Numbered from the stretch's first letter, positions 40,091 through 50,024 are shown. The stretch: DNA of 64,000 nucleotides from Prolixibacteraceae bacterium (GCA_003516705.1 DPCJ01000116.1:45781-109780), one strand, 5' to 3'. Notes: generated from the letters alone by a model not told the origin. A program made the numbers and translations.

Positions 40091-42994
40091 TTATGGTTCA
40101 ACAACAGTACTGGCGTTTAAAGTAACCGCAGTTTGTGCAAGCAATCTTCCGTCAACTGTAGTTCCTGTATTCAGCGAAATCAGCGTTTTACTCAGAATAA
40201 CTCCACTGAAATCAACGTTTGTTCCAAGAACAGCCTGTCCGGCTACCACCCAAACAATGTTTTCGGGTTTAGCTCCACCCGCCAAAGTTATTATGGTACT
40301 GTTGGCTACAGTCAGGTCTTGCGCAATCTGGAAAACCCAGGTGTCGGTTGCACTTCCCGAAAGTGTGATTCCGGTGGTTATTGAAACTCCTGTTGCCCAT
40401 TTGTACAGACCCGGAGCCAATGTTTCACCATTTAAGTTTCCTGCCGACTGTTCAACGATAGGCGCTGGTGTTACAAGGCCATTTGCCGTGGTGTAAGCTG
40501 TTTCCATATCACTTACGGCTGTGGTCATTTTTGCCGGTGTTGGTGCCGAATAATCAGCAGCGTAAACTTTACCAATTACTATTGGAGTGTGCGACGATTG
40601 ATTGTTGGCGTCCATAATCAATCCAAATCCTGTGATTGAACTTGCCGCTGACGGACTGACTCCGATATCACCTGTGATGGATGTAACTCCGGTGGTTGAG
40701 ATGCCTGATTTTGTTAATATTGCAAAATCGCCGGCTGTTCCAAGGTCAACTACTCCGGGTCCAAGAGGTGGATTAGTGGTAAAATTGGCCGTTAAAGTCA
40801 TGTTCTTGTCAATCACAAATGTGTAATCCGTATTTGTCGAAACAATTGTTGAGCCTTCGGTCCAGTTCGTAAATGTGAATCCGGTATTCTGGGTAGCTGA
40901 AACAGTTACTGAAGTGCCTTCATTAAACGATCCGTCGCCGTCGGTGGTTCCACCATTGGTTGGATTCGATACCAGCGTAACATTATATAGTGTTGTGTTT
41001 GCAGTAAAGTTGGCAACCAAAGTCCGGTTTCCGCTTAATGTGAAAGTGTATTCTGCATTAGTTGAAACAACGTTAGCACCTTCTTTCCAGCTTGTAAATG
41101 TAAATCCGGAAGTTGGAACTGCGGTTACGGTAACCGAAGCGCCTGAGTCAAATGAACCTGCTCCGGTGGTAATTCCACCATTTGCCGGAAGGGCAGAGAG
41201 TTGTACGTTGAATTTTATTGTTTCAGCGGTAAAGTTAGCTACCAAAGTCCGGTGGCCACTTATTGTAAAAGTGTAATCAGTATTTGTTGATACAATGTTG
41301 GCACCTTCGGTCCAGTTCTTAAATGTATAACCAGTTGCGGGCACGGCTGTTACTTTCACCGAAGTCCCCGAATCAAATGATCCTGCTCCTGAAGCAGTTC
41401 CACCAATCGTTGGAAGTGAGGAAAGTACTACATTGTATTTTACAGTTTCGGCAGTAAAGTTGGCTGTCAAATCCCGGTTACCACTTACTGTGAATGCGAA
41501 ATCTTTATTTGTTGATACTATATTTGACCCTTCTGTCCAGTTTGTAAAAACATAACCATTATTTGGCAATGCCGAAACTGTGATCGCCGAGCCTGTTTCA
41601 AAAGTTCCTGCTCCACTGGTATTACCTCCTGATAACGGATTTGAAGTCAAAGTAATTTGCGGTATGGTTGTAAAGGTCCATACGTAATTATCTTCAAGCG
41701 ATATAGCGTCGAAATTCATTGCTCCGGTGGTAACAGTTCCGGTATATGTAGTATTTGGCAAAAGATCGTTGAAAGGATTAAAAGAAACAGTTGTTCCGTC
41801 GTAAGTAATCAAGCCTGCAACGGTTGATCCTCCTTGTGTAATCGTAAATGTGTTATTATTTAAAGTAAACGGATTCATCGGCATATTAAATGACGCTGTT
41901 ACAGTTTTATTTAAAGCTACACCAGTTGCCAGGTTTGCCGGGTCTGTAAAAATTACTAATGGTATTTCTCCGGTACAACCTGTGCAAAATTGCCATGTAT
42001 AATTGTTTTCAAGAGCAACACCCTGAACGTTCTTCGCTCCGGTTGTGATTGTTCCGGTAAATGTTGTATTGTTCGGAAGATCAACAGTTGGATTAAAGGA
42101 TGCAGTTGTTCCTTCGTAAGTTACAACACCCGAAATTGGAGTTTCTCCCTGTGTTATGGTAAACGTTGTTGTATTAATCGTCGAAGGATTCATGGGCATA
42201 TCAAAGGTCGCAGTGATTGTTTTTTCACACGCAACAGATACTTCACGGTCTTTTGGATCGGTTAATATTACATGTGGAGGCGCAACTAATGAGGTTGTAA
42301 ATGTCCATACATAATTTGCCGCCATTGGAGTACCCTGTAAATTTTTTGCACCTGTGGTAACTGTGCCTGTGTAAACCTTGTTTGATAAAAATGGATTTGT
42401 CGGCGTGAATGTTGCCATTGTTCCATTATAAGTAACAATTCCGGGTATTTGTGTTTCACCCTGGTATATGGTAAAAGTGGTTGAATTAATAGTCAATGGA
42501 TTCATTGGCATATTAAACGTGGCAGTCACAATTTTATCAAGTGCTACACCTGTCGCAAGATTAGCCGGATCGGTTAAAATCACCTGTGGAACAATATCTG
42601 TACTGAATGTCCAGACATAATTGGCTTGTAATGCATTGCCATTTAGGTCCTTAACCGATGTTGTGACTGTTCCGGTATAAGTAGTATTGGGTAACAGGTT
42701 GCTGGAGGGTGTAAAGTAGGCAGTTGCCCCGCTATACGTAATTGTTCCCGTAACAGCAGTTGGACCAACTATTGTAAATGACAAATTGGTAATAGTTTCG
42801 GGATTCATTTCCTCTTCGTTAAAGGTTACCGAAATTACCTGATTAAGAGGCACTCCTGTTGCCTGATTAGTTGGAATTGTTGATATCACCTCAGGGCATA
42901 CTCCAATGATTTCATTGAAATCATCTTTTTTGCAACCTATAAATACTACAACCATCATTAAAGTAATGGCTGCAATTAGTTTCTTCGTTTTCAT
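40091..42994 (-). CDS. Lipoprotein with Ig-like repeats and C-terminal DUF3494 ice-binding domain
   Basis: Lipobox FIGC; four Big_5-like repeats (..YVWTFTT); four ~74-aa repeats (F.NW.EG..LTANF); VDLGTAGDFAIL...GRLLAQTAVTL. Confidence 0.88.
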   Translation of the reverse strand: MKTKKLIAAITLMMVVVFIGCKKDDFNEIIGVCPEVISTIPTNQATGVPLNQVISVTFNEEEMNPETITNLSFTIVGPTAVTGTITYSGATAYFTPSSNLLPNTTYTGTVTTSVKDLNGNALQANYVWTFSTDIVPQVILTDPANLATGVALDKIVTATFNMPMNPLTINSTTFTIYQGETQIPGIVTYNGTMATFTPTNPFLSNKVYTGTVTTGAKNLQGTPMAANYVWTFTTSLVAPPHVILTDPKDREVSVACEKTITATFDMPMNPSTINTTTFTITQGETPISGVVTYEGTTASFNPTVDLPNNTTFTGTITTGAKNVQGVALENNYTWQFCTGCTGEIPLVIFTDPANLATGVALNKTVTASFNMPMNPFTLNNNTFTITQGGSTVAGLITYDGTTVSFNPFNDLLPNTTYTGTVTTGAMNFDAISLEDNYVWTFTTIPQITLTSNPLSGGNTSGAGTFETGSAITVSALPNNGYVFTNWTEGSNIVSTNKDFAFTVSGNRDLTANFTAETVKYNVVLSSLPTIGGTASGAGSFDSGTSVKVTAVPATGYTFKNWTEGANIVSTNTDYTFTISGHRTLVANFTAETIKFNVQLSALPANGGITTGAGSFDSGASVTVTAVPTSGFTFTSWKEGANVVSTNAEYTFTLSGNRTLVANFTANTTLYNVTLVSNPTNGGTTDGDGSFNEGTSVTVSATQNTGFTFTNWTEGSTIVSTNTDYTFVIDKNMTLTANFTTNPPLGPGVVDLGTAGDFAILTKSGISTTGVTSITGDIGVSPSAASSITGFGLIMDANNQSSHTPIVIGKVYAADYSAPTPAKMTTAVSDMETAYTTANGLVTPAPIVEQSAGNLNGETLAPGLYKWATGVSITTGITLSGSATDTWVFQIAQDLTVANSTIITLAGGAKPENIVWVVAGQAVLGTNVDFSGVILSKTLISLNTGTTVDGRLLAQTAVTLNASTVVEP

Positions 42995-43059
42995 GATTAT
43001 TAAATTTAATTATACAAGAATTTACTTTGATAAAGGTAAGCCTGTCGAACCGGCTAAAT

Positions 43060-43097
43060 GTTACATAACTTTTGCCAAGAGTTACATCATTCTCACA
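43060..43097 (-). promoter_or_regulatory. Island regulon site 11 (ice-binding lipoprotein)
   Basis: GTTACA-N16-TTACATCATTCTCACA; TACCTTTA on - strand at 43031-43038. Confidence 0.87.
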
Positions 43098-43120
43098 TTC
43101 AGGTATCTGAAAGTGTATCA

Positions 43121-43161
43121 AAAAAAAGCCCCCATCATAAAAATCACGACGGGAGGCTTTT
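43121..43161 (-). terminator. Probable terminator
   Basis: AAAAAAAGCCCCCATC...GACGGGAGGCTTTT. Confidence 0.6.
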
Positions 43162-43173
43162 AATAATATCACG

Positions 43174-46100
43174 TTATTGTTTTGAAATCAGTTTACCTGA
43201 CTGAATAATTTTTTTGTTTACAATTACTTTGTAGAAATAAATCCCTGATACAAGCTGGCTTGTTGTAAGGGTAGTCAATTGTTCGGTGATGTTCGAAAAA
43301 ATCACTTCATCACCCAGTGCATTGTACATCCTGAATTCAAGGTTTTCAATTTCCAGTGTCTCGTTTATTTCGATGTCGATAGAGTTTGAAAAAGGATTCG
43401 GATAAACAGCAATAGCTGTGTTGGATTTTGTTCCGTCGAAAGAAACAACGCTGGTAGTGACATTATTATTCAAAACCGGATCAAAATCTGCTGTTTCGTA
43501 ACCACAAACCCAAAGAGTTACTGCCCTCGATACAACATCTGGTTCGCATATTCCGCTGACAACAACATTGTAGTTTGATGAAGCATCGGATAAATGAACT
43601 GGTTTTATTGTCAGTTTAGAAGTGTTTGAACCCGAAATATTACCACCATCGGTGAGATTGATATTTCCGTTTCGCCACTGGTAAGTAAGATCGGTGCCAG
43701 TTGCAACTACAGAGAAACTAACTGAATCACCTGTCCATACTACCTGACTGACAGGTTGTTTGGTGATTTCTGGTGCAACACTCACTTCCAGCGATACTCT
43801 TACCGAAGTTATCTCGTTTGGTGAACACGATGTGCCGTCGATTACAACGTTATAATCATCTGCAATATCTGATACATTTCCCGGGTCGATGGTGAGTGTG
43901 GCTGTATTAGCCCCTGAAATATTTCCGCCATTCACGATGTTTACATTCCCTTTTCTCCACTGATAAGTCAGCCCTGAACCGGACGCAACCACCTCAAAAA
44001 TGGCAGGGTCGCCGGCACAAATTATCTGGTCAACAGGTTCGGAAATAATCATCGGGGCCGATTTAGTATCTAATGAAACATATACCGACGTATCATTTGG
44101 TGCACATATTCCCGAAACAATTACATTGTAATTTGGTGCCACATCCGATTCATCAACTGGATCAATGGTTAATACAGGCGTATTTACTCCTGAAATGTTA
44201 TCCCCGTTCACGAGCTTCACATTTCCTTTTCGCCACTGGTAAGTAAGTCCTGTTCCAATTGCACCCACCCAGAAGTTAACCTTACATCCCGAACAAATCA
44301 ACTGATCAATGGGCTCCAAAATAATTTCCGGGGCAACGTTTACTGAGAATGAAACATTTACCGATGTGTCATTTGGCAAACATTCTCCCGATACAACTAC
44401 ATGATAACCCGTTGTTGCATCGCAAATATCAATAGGATTTATGGTAAGAGTTGCAGTATTTGCGCCCGAGATATTTCCACCATCAACCAGATTTAAATTT
44501 CCCTTCATCCATTGATAAGTAAGACCTGATCCGGTTGCCAAAACTGTAAAACTTACCTGGTCACCGGTACATCCTGTTTGATTGATTGGTTCTGTTATAA
44601 TGACAGGAGCCATATTTACCATTAATGTAATGGTGTCTGTTCCTTCGCAACCATTAATGTCGGTTACAATAACCGAATAGTCCCCGGCTTGTGTAACCAC
44701 AATTCTTTGGGTTATTTCGCCGGTACTCCACAAATACGAATCTCCTTCAGTGGCAGTTAGTATAGTTGCTTCTCCTTCGCAAATTTCGGTTTTACCATCA
44801 ATTGAAACTATCGGTGATGGAAAAACTTCCACCATAATTTCTGCCATACTCTGACAGCCATTGAGGTCGGTTACCACAATTGAATAGTTACCCGATTGTG
44901 AAACCGTAATACTCTGCGTATTTTCGTTTGTACTCCACAGATACGATTCAGCAGGAGAGGCAGTCAATACGGAAGATTCACCTTCGCAGAAATCATCACC
45001 AGTGATTGAGACCAGCGGTGACGGGAAAACTTCCACCTTAATTTCTGCCATATTCTGACAGCCATTGAGGTCGGTTACAACCACTGAATAGTTTCCCGAT
45101 TGCGTAACCATAATACTCTGCGTATTTTCGTTTGTACTCCACAGATACGATTCAGCGGGAGAGGCAGTTAATATTGAAGATTCGCCTTCGCAGAAATCGG
45201 TATCGCCATTGATTGAGACCAGTGGTAAAGGATATTCTGTTATTAGTATTTGCGCGCTCCCTTCACATCCATTTTCATCAATTACCTGCACAGAATAGAT
45301 ACCCGCCTGTGAAACCACAATGCTTTGGGTAATTTCATTGGTATTCCACAAATACGATTGCCCGACTGTGGCAGTAAGAATTGTTGAACCGCCCTCGCAA
45401 AAACCGGTGTTGCCTGAAATGTTTATTATTCGTTGTTGAAGCATTACAACATTTACCTGATCGGTTCCTTCACATCCATTAATATCAGTAACTTCTACCG
45501 AATAGATACCGGCCAGAGAAACATTAATACTTTGGGTAATTTCGCCAGTACTCCACAAATATGAAACAGCTTGTGAAGCAGTAAGAATGGTTGAACCACC
45601 ATTGCATAATTCGGTTATGCCATTGATATTAACTATGGGCGAAGGATAAACGATAACCTCAACCTGGTTGCTTCCAGTGCAACCGTTAATATCAGTTACT
45701 TCTACCGAATAGATGCCGGCCAGAGAAACATTAATACTTTGGGTAATTTCACCGGTACTCCATAAATATGAAACAGCTTGTGAAGCAGTAAGAATGGTCG
45801 ATTCTCCCTGGCAGAAATCGTTATCACCAGTGATTGAGACCAGCGGTGAAGGATAAACTATAACCTCCACCTGGTTGCTTCCAATGCACCCATTAATATC
45901 AGTTACTTCTACAGAATATATACCGGCTTGAGAAACTTCAATGCTTTGGGTAATTTCGCCGGTACTCCATAAATATGAAACAGCTTGTGAAGCAGTAAGA
46001 ATGGTTGATTCTCCTTCGCAGAAATCAGTGTCACCAGTAATTGTGACCATTGGTGAAGGATAAACGATAACCTCTACCTGGTTGCTTCCAGTGCAACCGT

Positions 46101-47421
46101 TAATATCAGTAACTTCTACAGAATATATACCCGCCAGAGAAACTTCAATGCTCTGGGTAATTTCGCCGGTACTCCACAAATATGAAACAGCTTGTGAAGC
46201 AGTAAGAATGGTCGATTCTCCTTCGCAGAAATTAGTGTCACCAGTAATTGTGACCATTGGTGAAGGATAAACAATAACCTCTACCTGGTTGCTTCCATTG
46301 CAACCGTTAATATCTGTAACTTCTACCGAATATATACCCGCCAGAGAAACTTCAATGCTTTGGGTAATTTCGCCGGTACTCCACAAATATGAAACAGCTT
46401 GTGAAGCAGTAAGAATGGTTGAGCCACCTTCACAAAATTCAGTAATACCGTTGATAGTCACAACGGGCAAAGGATTTACGCTTACCTGAACCGAATCTGT
46501 TCCGTCGCATCCATTAATATCGGTAAGTACCACCGAATAAATACCTGATTGAGAAACCGTGATGCTTTGGGTTGTTTCGTTTGTGCTCCATAGATATGCT
46601 TCGCCTGCGGTAACTGTCAGAACAGAAGAACTCCCCTGGCAAAATTCTGTATCGCCGGTAATTTGAACAATAACCTCATCGCAAAGATTCGGATTGTTTA
46701 ATAAACCACCACCAGCAAATGTTACAGCTCCATTTCGTGCAAGCAGCCTGCCGGCTACCTGAGCCCCTGTATTCAGTGTTATCGAAGTTAATGCAAGAAT
46801 ATTTCCGGCAAAATCGGTATAATCGCCAATGGTTGCAGAAGATCCAACCTGCCAATAAACATTTTTAGCTTTGGCACCGTTTGTAAGAATAACATTACCC
46901 CCTGTTGGTGAAGGAAAAGGTCCACCACCAATAGTGGTAAAAGCTGAAGCAACCTGGAATATCCAAACAGCATTTATATCACCACCGGCGTCAAGTGTTA
47001 AATTGCCCGATTGAATTGATAGGGTAGAAGCTGATTTATAAACACCCGGAGCGAGAGTTTGACCACCTAAATCACCAGAAACTTCAGGGAAGGTGGGAGT
47101 TGCACTTTCTGCTTCAAGATAGGCATCGACTAAATCTTGCTTCGCCTGAACCATAAGGGTTAACGGATCGTAATCGGCGGCATAAACCTGTCCGTTTATT
47201 ACGCTGTAACTTCCGGTTATTGCTGAAAGAAGTCCCGGGTGTAAACCCACGTTCATGTCGTTAACTACAGTTGTGGTTCCGTTAAAACTGATTGCGGTAC
47301 CAGCAAGTACTCCGAAATCGACAGTCGATTTCAGATCAGGTGCAATTTGTCCGATCCCTGACCTCGGAAAAGCTAATAAAGCTATTGTTAAAAAAAGTAA
47401 AATTTTGTTTTTCATATCCAT
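43174..47421 (-). CDS. T9SS-secreted protein: N-terminal DUF3494, tandem Ig-like repeats, C-terminal sorting domain
   Basis: FGVLAG...WQVGSSATIG...GRLLARNGAVT; ~69-aa YLWST..DINGC repeats; YQWRKG Ig repeats; VYPNPF...KLISKQ. Start at 47421 or 47415, since 47454 abuts the promoter. Confidence 0.87.
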   Translation of the reverse strand: MDMKNKILLFLTIALLAFPRSGIGQIAPDLKSTVDFGVLAGTAISFNGTTTVVNDMNVGLHPGLLSAITGSYSVINGQVYAADYDPLTLMVQAKQDLVDAYLEAESATPTFPEVSGDLGGQTLAPGVYKSASTLSIQSGNLTLDAGGDINAVWIFQVASAFTTIGGGPFPSPTGGNVILTNGAKAKNVYWQVGSSATIGDYTDFAGNILALTSITLNTGAQVAGRLLARNGAVTFAGGGLLNNPNLCDEVIVQITGDTEFCQGSSSVLTVTAGEAYLWSTNETTQSITVSQSGIYSVVLTDINGCDGTDSVQVSVNPLPVVTINGITEFCEGGSTILTASQAVSYLWSTGEITQSIEVSLAGIYSVEVTDINGCNGSNQVEVIVYPSPMVTITGDTNFCEGESTILTASQAVSYLWSTGEITQSIEVSLAGIYSVEVTDINGCTGSNQVEVIVYPSPMVTITGDTDFCEGESTILTASQAVSYLWSTGEITQSIEVSQAGIYSVEVTDINGCIGSNQVEVIVYPSPLVSITGDNDFCQGESTILTASQAVSYLWSTGEITQSINVSLAGIYSVEVTDINGCTGSNQVEVIVYPSPIVNINGITELCNGGSTILTASQAVSYLWSTGEITQSINVSLAGIYSVEVTDINGCEGTDQVNVVMLQQRIINISGNTGFCEGGSTILTATVGQSYLWNTNEITQSIVVSQAGIYSVQVIDENGCEGSAQILITEYPLPLVSINGDTDFCEGESSILTASPAESYLWSTNENTQSIMVTQSGNYSVVVTDLNGCQNMAEIKVEVFPSPLVSITGDDFCEGESSVLTASPAESYLWSTNENTQSITVSQSGNYSIVVTDLNGCQSMAEIMVEVFPSPIVSIDGKTEICEGEATILTATEGDSYLWSTGEITQRIVVTQAGDYSVIVTDINGCEGTDTITLMVNMAPVIITEPINQTGCTGDQVSFTVLATGSGLTYQWMKGNLNLVDGGNISGANTATLTINPIDICDATTGYHVVVSGECLPNDTSVNVSFSVNVAPEIILEPIDQLICSGCKVNFWVGAIGTGLTYQWRKGNVKLVNGDNISGVNTPVLTIDPVDESDVAPNYNVIVSGICAPNDTSVYVSLDTKSAPMIISEPVDQIICAGDPAIFEVVASGSGLTYQWRKGNVNIVNGGNISGANTATLTIDPGNVSDIADDYNVVIDGTSCSPNEITSVRVSLEVSVAPEITKQPVSQVVWTGDSVSFSVVATGTDLTYQWRNGNINLTDGGNISGSNTSKLTIKPVHLSDASSNYNVVVSGICEPDVVSRAVTLWVCGYETADFDPVLNNNVTTSVVSFDGTKSNTAIAVYPNPFSNSIDIEINETLEIENLEFRMYNALGDEVIFSNITEQLTTLTTSQLVSGIYFYKVIVNKKIIQSGKLISKQ
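44630..46680 (-). repeat. Intragenic ~207-bp tandem repeats
   Basis: About ten copies of I.G.T.FCEG.STILTAS..VSYLWSTGEITQSI.VS.AGIYSVEVTDINGC; near-identical DNA at ~45480-46440. Confidence 0.85.
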
Positions 47422-47484
47422 TGTATTAAAGATTAATAATGTGCTTTCTACCATTCAAAGGTTAGCTATTTCACGTGGCTGAGT

Positions 47485-47522
47485 ATTACACAATTCGTTG
47501 TTTATATTACATCATTCACACA
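47485..47522 (-). promoter_or_regulatory. Island regulon site 12
   Basis: ATTACA-N16-TTACATCATTCACACA; AACCTTTG on - strand at 47456-47463. Confidence 0.87.
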
Positions 47523-47546
47523 TTTTAAAAGTCAATTAGCTAACAT

Positions 47547-47738
47547 TCAAAATGCTGTGATTTTCGGTTCATATTTCAACTGTGCATACAATTGCTTTCG
47601 GGCAAAAAAAAATCTGCGTTTAACTATTTCAATATTTAATTGAAGTATTTGGGCCATCTCCCTGAATTTGTAACCTTCAGCGAACATTGTAAAAGAAATT
47701 TTATAATCATTCTCAATAGCCTCAATTGTTTCTTTCAT
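47547..47738 (-). CDS. Sigma-70 region 4-only protein or ECF sigma remnant
   Basis: YKISFTMFAEGYKFREMAQILQLNIEIVKRRFFFARKQL resembles the C-terminus of Bacteroidota ECF sigmas. Confidence 0.55.
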   Translation of the reverse strand: MKETIEAIENDYKISFTMFAEGYKFREMAQILQLNIEIVKRRFFFARKQLYAQLKYEPKITAF

Positions 47739-47768
47739 TTCTGATTTCTGAAAATTAAAGACAAAGAA

Positions 47769-47798
47769 ACCGCGCACTTTTTTTACAAAATGCGCGGT
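47769..47798 (-). terminator. Possible terminator
   Basis: ACCGCGCA...TGCGCGGT stem followed by TTCTTT on the - strand. Confidence 0.5.
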
Positions 47799-47824
47799 GA
47801 ATCAGCTTCTGAATCAATGTTTAT

Positions 47825-48643
47825 TTATTGATATAAAAGCTTATATATTTCCTGTAAATCGGGCGAAAGAATAATTTCTGTCCTGCGGTTTTCGGCACGC
47901 CCTTCGGTAGTTGTATTTGTGCTAACCGGATGAAACTGACTTTTCCCGGAAGCTGTAATGCGACCTGAATCGAACCCGTTATCTTTTGTAAGAATCCGTA
48001 CAATTGAAGAAGCCCGTGCGGTACTTAAATCCCAGTTGTCTTCAAACATTTTTGTTTTAATCGGCACATCATCGGTATGTCCTTCAATGGCAACCGTAAA
48101 ATCATTCGAACTGTTCAAAACAACAGCAAGTGTTTTAAGTGCTGCTTTTCCTTTCGGATCAACAACGTCGCTACCCGATTTAAACAGCAGTTTTTCTGCC
48201 AGTGAAACATAAACTTTCCCATCTTTCTGATAGACATTCAGTTCATCGGTCTTGTAATTCATTAATGCTTTCGAAATTGAATTCTTAAGATTATTTGTCT
48301 TTTCAGTTTGTGCCTGTATGATGTCCTGAAGGCTTTTTAACCGCTTTGCCTGGTCGGCGATGGTCATTTTCGACTGAGTGGCAATCAACAACAAATCATT
48401 TTGCATTGAGGCATAATCTTTCAGAACTGCTTCGTTTTGTTTTTGAAATGTTGCTTTGTCCTCGTTCATTTTGGTTACCTGATTGTTACAATCGTTTAAC
48501 CGACTGAGGTTGTCTGCATTTTCCCTTTGCAATTTATTGGCTCTCGTTTCGGAGGCAGTAAATTTTTTGTTCGATACGCACGATGTAGATAACATTACGG
48601 CAATCAATGCAAGAAAAGTAAAATAGCGAATTGATTTTTTCAT
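47825..48643 (-). CDS. OmpA/MotB family lipoprotein
   Basis: STSC lipobox, coiled coil, EGHTD, NWDLSTARA, NRRTEI. Confidence 0.88.
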   Translation of the reverse strand: MKKSIRYFTFLALIAVMLSTSCVSNKKFTASETRANKLQRENADNLSRLNDCNNQVTKMNEDKATFQKQNEAVLKDYASMQNDLLLIATQSKMTIADQAKRLKSLQDIIQAQTEKTNNLKNSISKALMNYKTDELNVYQKDGKVYVSLAEKLLFKSGSDVVDPKGKAALKTLAVVLNSSNDFTVAIEGHTDDVPIKTKMFEDNWDLSTARASSIVRILTKDNGFDSGRITASGKSQFHPVSTNTTTEGRAENRRTEIILSPDLQEIYKLLYQ

Positions 48644-48702
48644 TTTTCCCCTTTTAGTAAATTATTTATGAGTGAAAGTTGAGCATATTCAGGATGGAAA
48701 GT

Positions 48703-48740
48703 GTTACATAACTTTTGCGAAGAGTTACATCATTCACACA
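48703..48740 (-). promoter_or_regulatory. Island regulon site 13
   Basis: GTTACA-N16-TTACATCATTCACACA; CAACTTTC on - strand at 48674-48681. Confidence 0.87.
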
Positions 48741-48745
48741 TTTCG

Positions 48746-49615
48746 CTAAATGCTTGTGTATTCTTTAAGCAACTGATTGCTAAATTGGTGGCTTTTCAAT
48801 TTTTCCAAAGATTTTTCTTTTATCTGCCTGACTCTTTCCCTTGTTAATCCAAAATCATTTCCAATTTTATCAATCGGTTGAGCTACATAACCATTTAGTC
48901 CATAGAAATTGCGTAAAATATTTGCATCTCTTGGCTTTAGTGTGTTAAGTAATCGCTCAATATCAGTACAGAGCGAATTTTTAATTAGTCCGGATTCGGG
49001 GCTGGGAGAGTCTTCATTGAACATCAGGTCGCTCATACTCTCATTTCCCTCACCAACAGGTGTATCTATTGACATAAAATGAGAATTCAGAAAATTCATG
49101 GCATCTTCTATAATTACGGGTTGCATTTCCATCAAATCAGATAATTCTTCAATCGTTGGTTCACGAAAAAACTCATGGCTCAGTTGATTAAATGCTTTAC
49201 TAATTTTATTATTTAATCCTATTTTATTTACCGGCAGCCTTACAAGGCGCGAGTTTTCGGCAATGGCCTGCATAATAGCCTGTCTAATCCACCAAACAGC
49301 ATAAGTAATAAACTTAAATCCGCGGTTTTTATCAAATCGTTGAGCAGCCTTAATCAATCCCAGATTTCCTTCGTTAATTATATCAACTAACTTAATACCT
49401 TTGTTTTGGTATTGTTTTGCTACTGAAACAACAAACCGAAGATTAGCACTAACTAATTCTCCAAGAGCCCGGGGGTCGCCAATGGCAACCCGTCCGGCAA
49501 TTTCAATTTCCTGTTCTGTTGACAAAACCGCTATTTTACTGATTTCGCTCAGGTACATATCCAGCGTCATACTATCGCGGTTAGTTATCTGATTTGAAAT
49601 TTTTAATGCCCTCAT
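48746..49615 (-). CDS. RpoD/SigA-family sigma factor (divergent paralog of the Bacteroidota primary sigma)
   Basis: ANLRFVVSVAKQY, EGNLGLIKAAQRFD, YAVWWIRQ, LTRERVRQIKEK; 289 aa, no region 1.1. Confidence 0.92.
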   Translation of the reverse strand: MRALKISNQITNRDSMTLDMYLSEISKIAVLSTEQEIEIAGRVAIGDPRALGELVSANLRFVVSVAKQYQNKGIKLVDIINEGNLGLIKAAQRFDKNRGFKFITYAVWWIRQAIMQAIAENSRLVRLPVNKIGLNNKISKAFNQLSHEFFREPTIEELSDLMEMQPVIIEDAMNFLNSHFMSIDTPVGEGNESMSDLMFNEDSPSPESGLIKNSLCTDIERLLNTLKPRDANILRNFYGLNGYVAQPIDKIGNDFGLTRERVRQIKEKSLEKLKSHQFSNQLLKEYTSI

Positions 49616-49675
49616 AAAATTTTGTGAGTTTAAATTTTTTGTGACCCAAAAATCGCCGAATTGCGATCTTGAAGT

Positions 49676-49713
49676 ATTACAGAATTCAGTAAAAAATTTA
49701 CATCATTCACACA
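49676..49713 (-). promoter_or_regulatory. Island regulon site 14 (sigma gene)
   Basis: ATTACA-N16-TTACATCATTCACACA; GATTTTTG on - strand at 49647-49654. Confidence 0.87.
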
Positions 49714-49721
49714 TTATTATG

Positions 49722-49754
49722 AAAAAAATACCATGCTGAAATTCAGCATGGTAT
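49722..49754 (-). terminator. Intrinsic terminator
   Basis: ATACCATGCTGAA-A-TTCAGCATGGTAT with T-run on the - strand. Confidence 0.78.
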
Positions 49755-49797
49755 CTCATTGACCCTTCTTCTGCAAAATGCTGCGAAAATTGAAATT

Positions 49798-49998
49798 TTA
49801 TTCTTTTTCGAAAGTCATTTTACAGTTTAGTCTCCATTTTTTGATTACTCCATTCTCAACTTCAGCGGTTAAATTTTTTACATACACTGAGCGTATATTA
49901 CGAATGGATTTTGAAGCCTCTGAAACTGCCTTTTGTGTTGCATCTTCCCAACTTTCTTTCGACTCGGCCATGAGTTCAATTACTTTTAATAGTGCCAT
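49798..49998 (-). CDS. Dodecin family protein
   Basis: KVIELMAESKESWEDATQKAVSEASKS...KMTF. Confidence 0.88.
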   Translation of the reverse strand: MALLKVIELMAESKESWEDATQKAVSEASKSIRNIRSVYVKNLTAEVENGVIKKWRLNCKMTFEKE

Positions 49999-50024
49999 AA
50001 TTTTCTGTTTTAAGTTAAATATGA

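Noticed and set aside
47825-48643. MotB and Che proteins as evidence of flagellar motility
   Set aside because: This is a lipoprotein OmpA/MotB-domain type; no motA, cheA, MCP or flagellar genes are present
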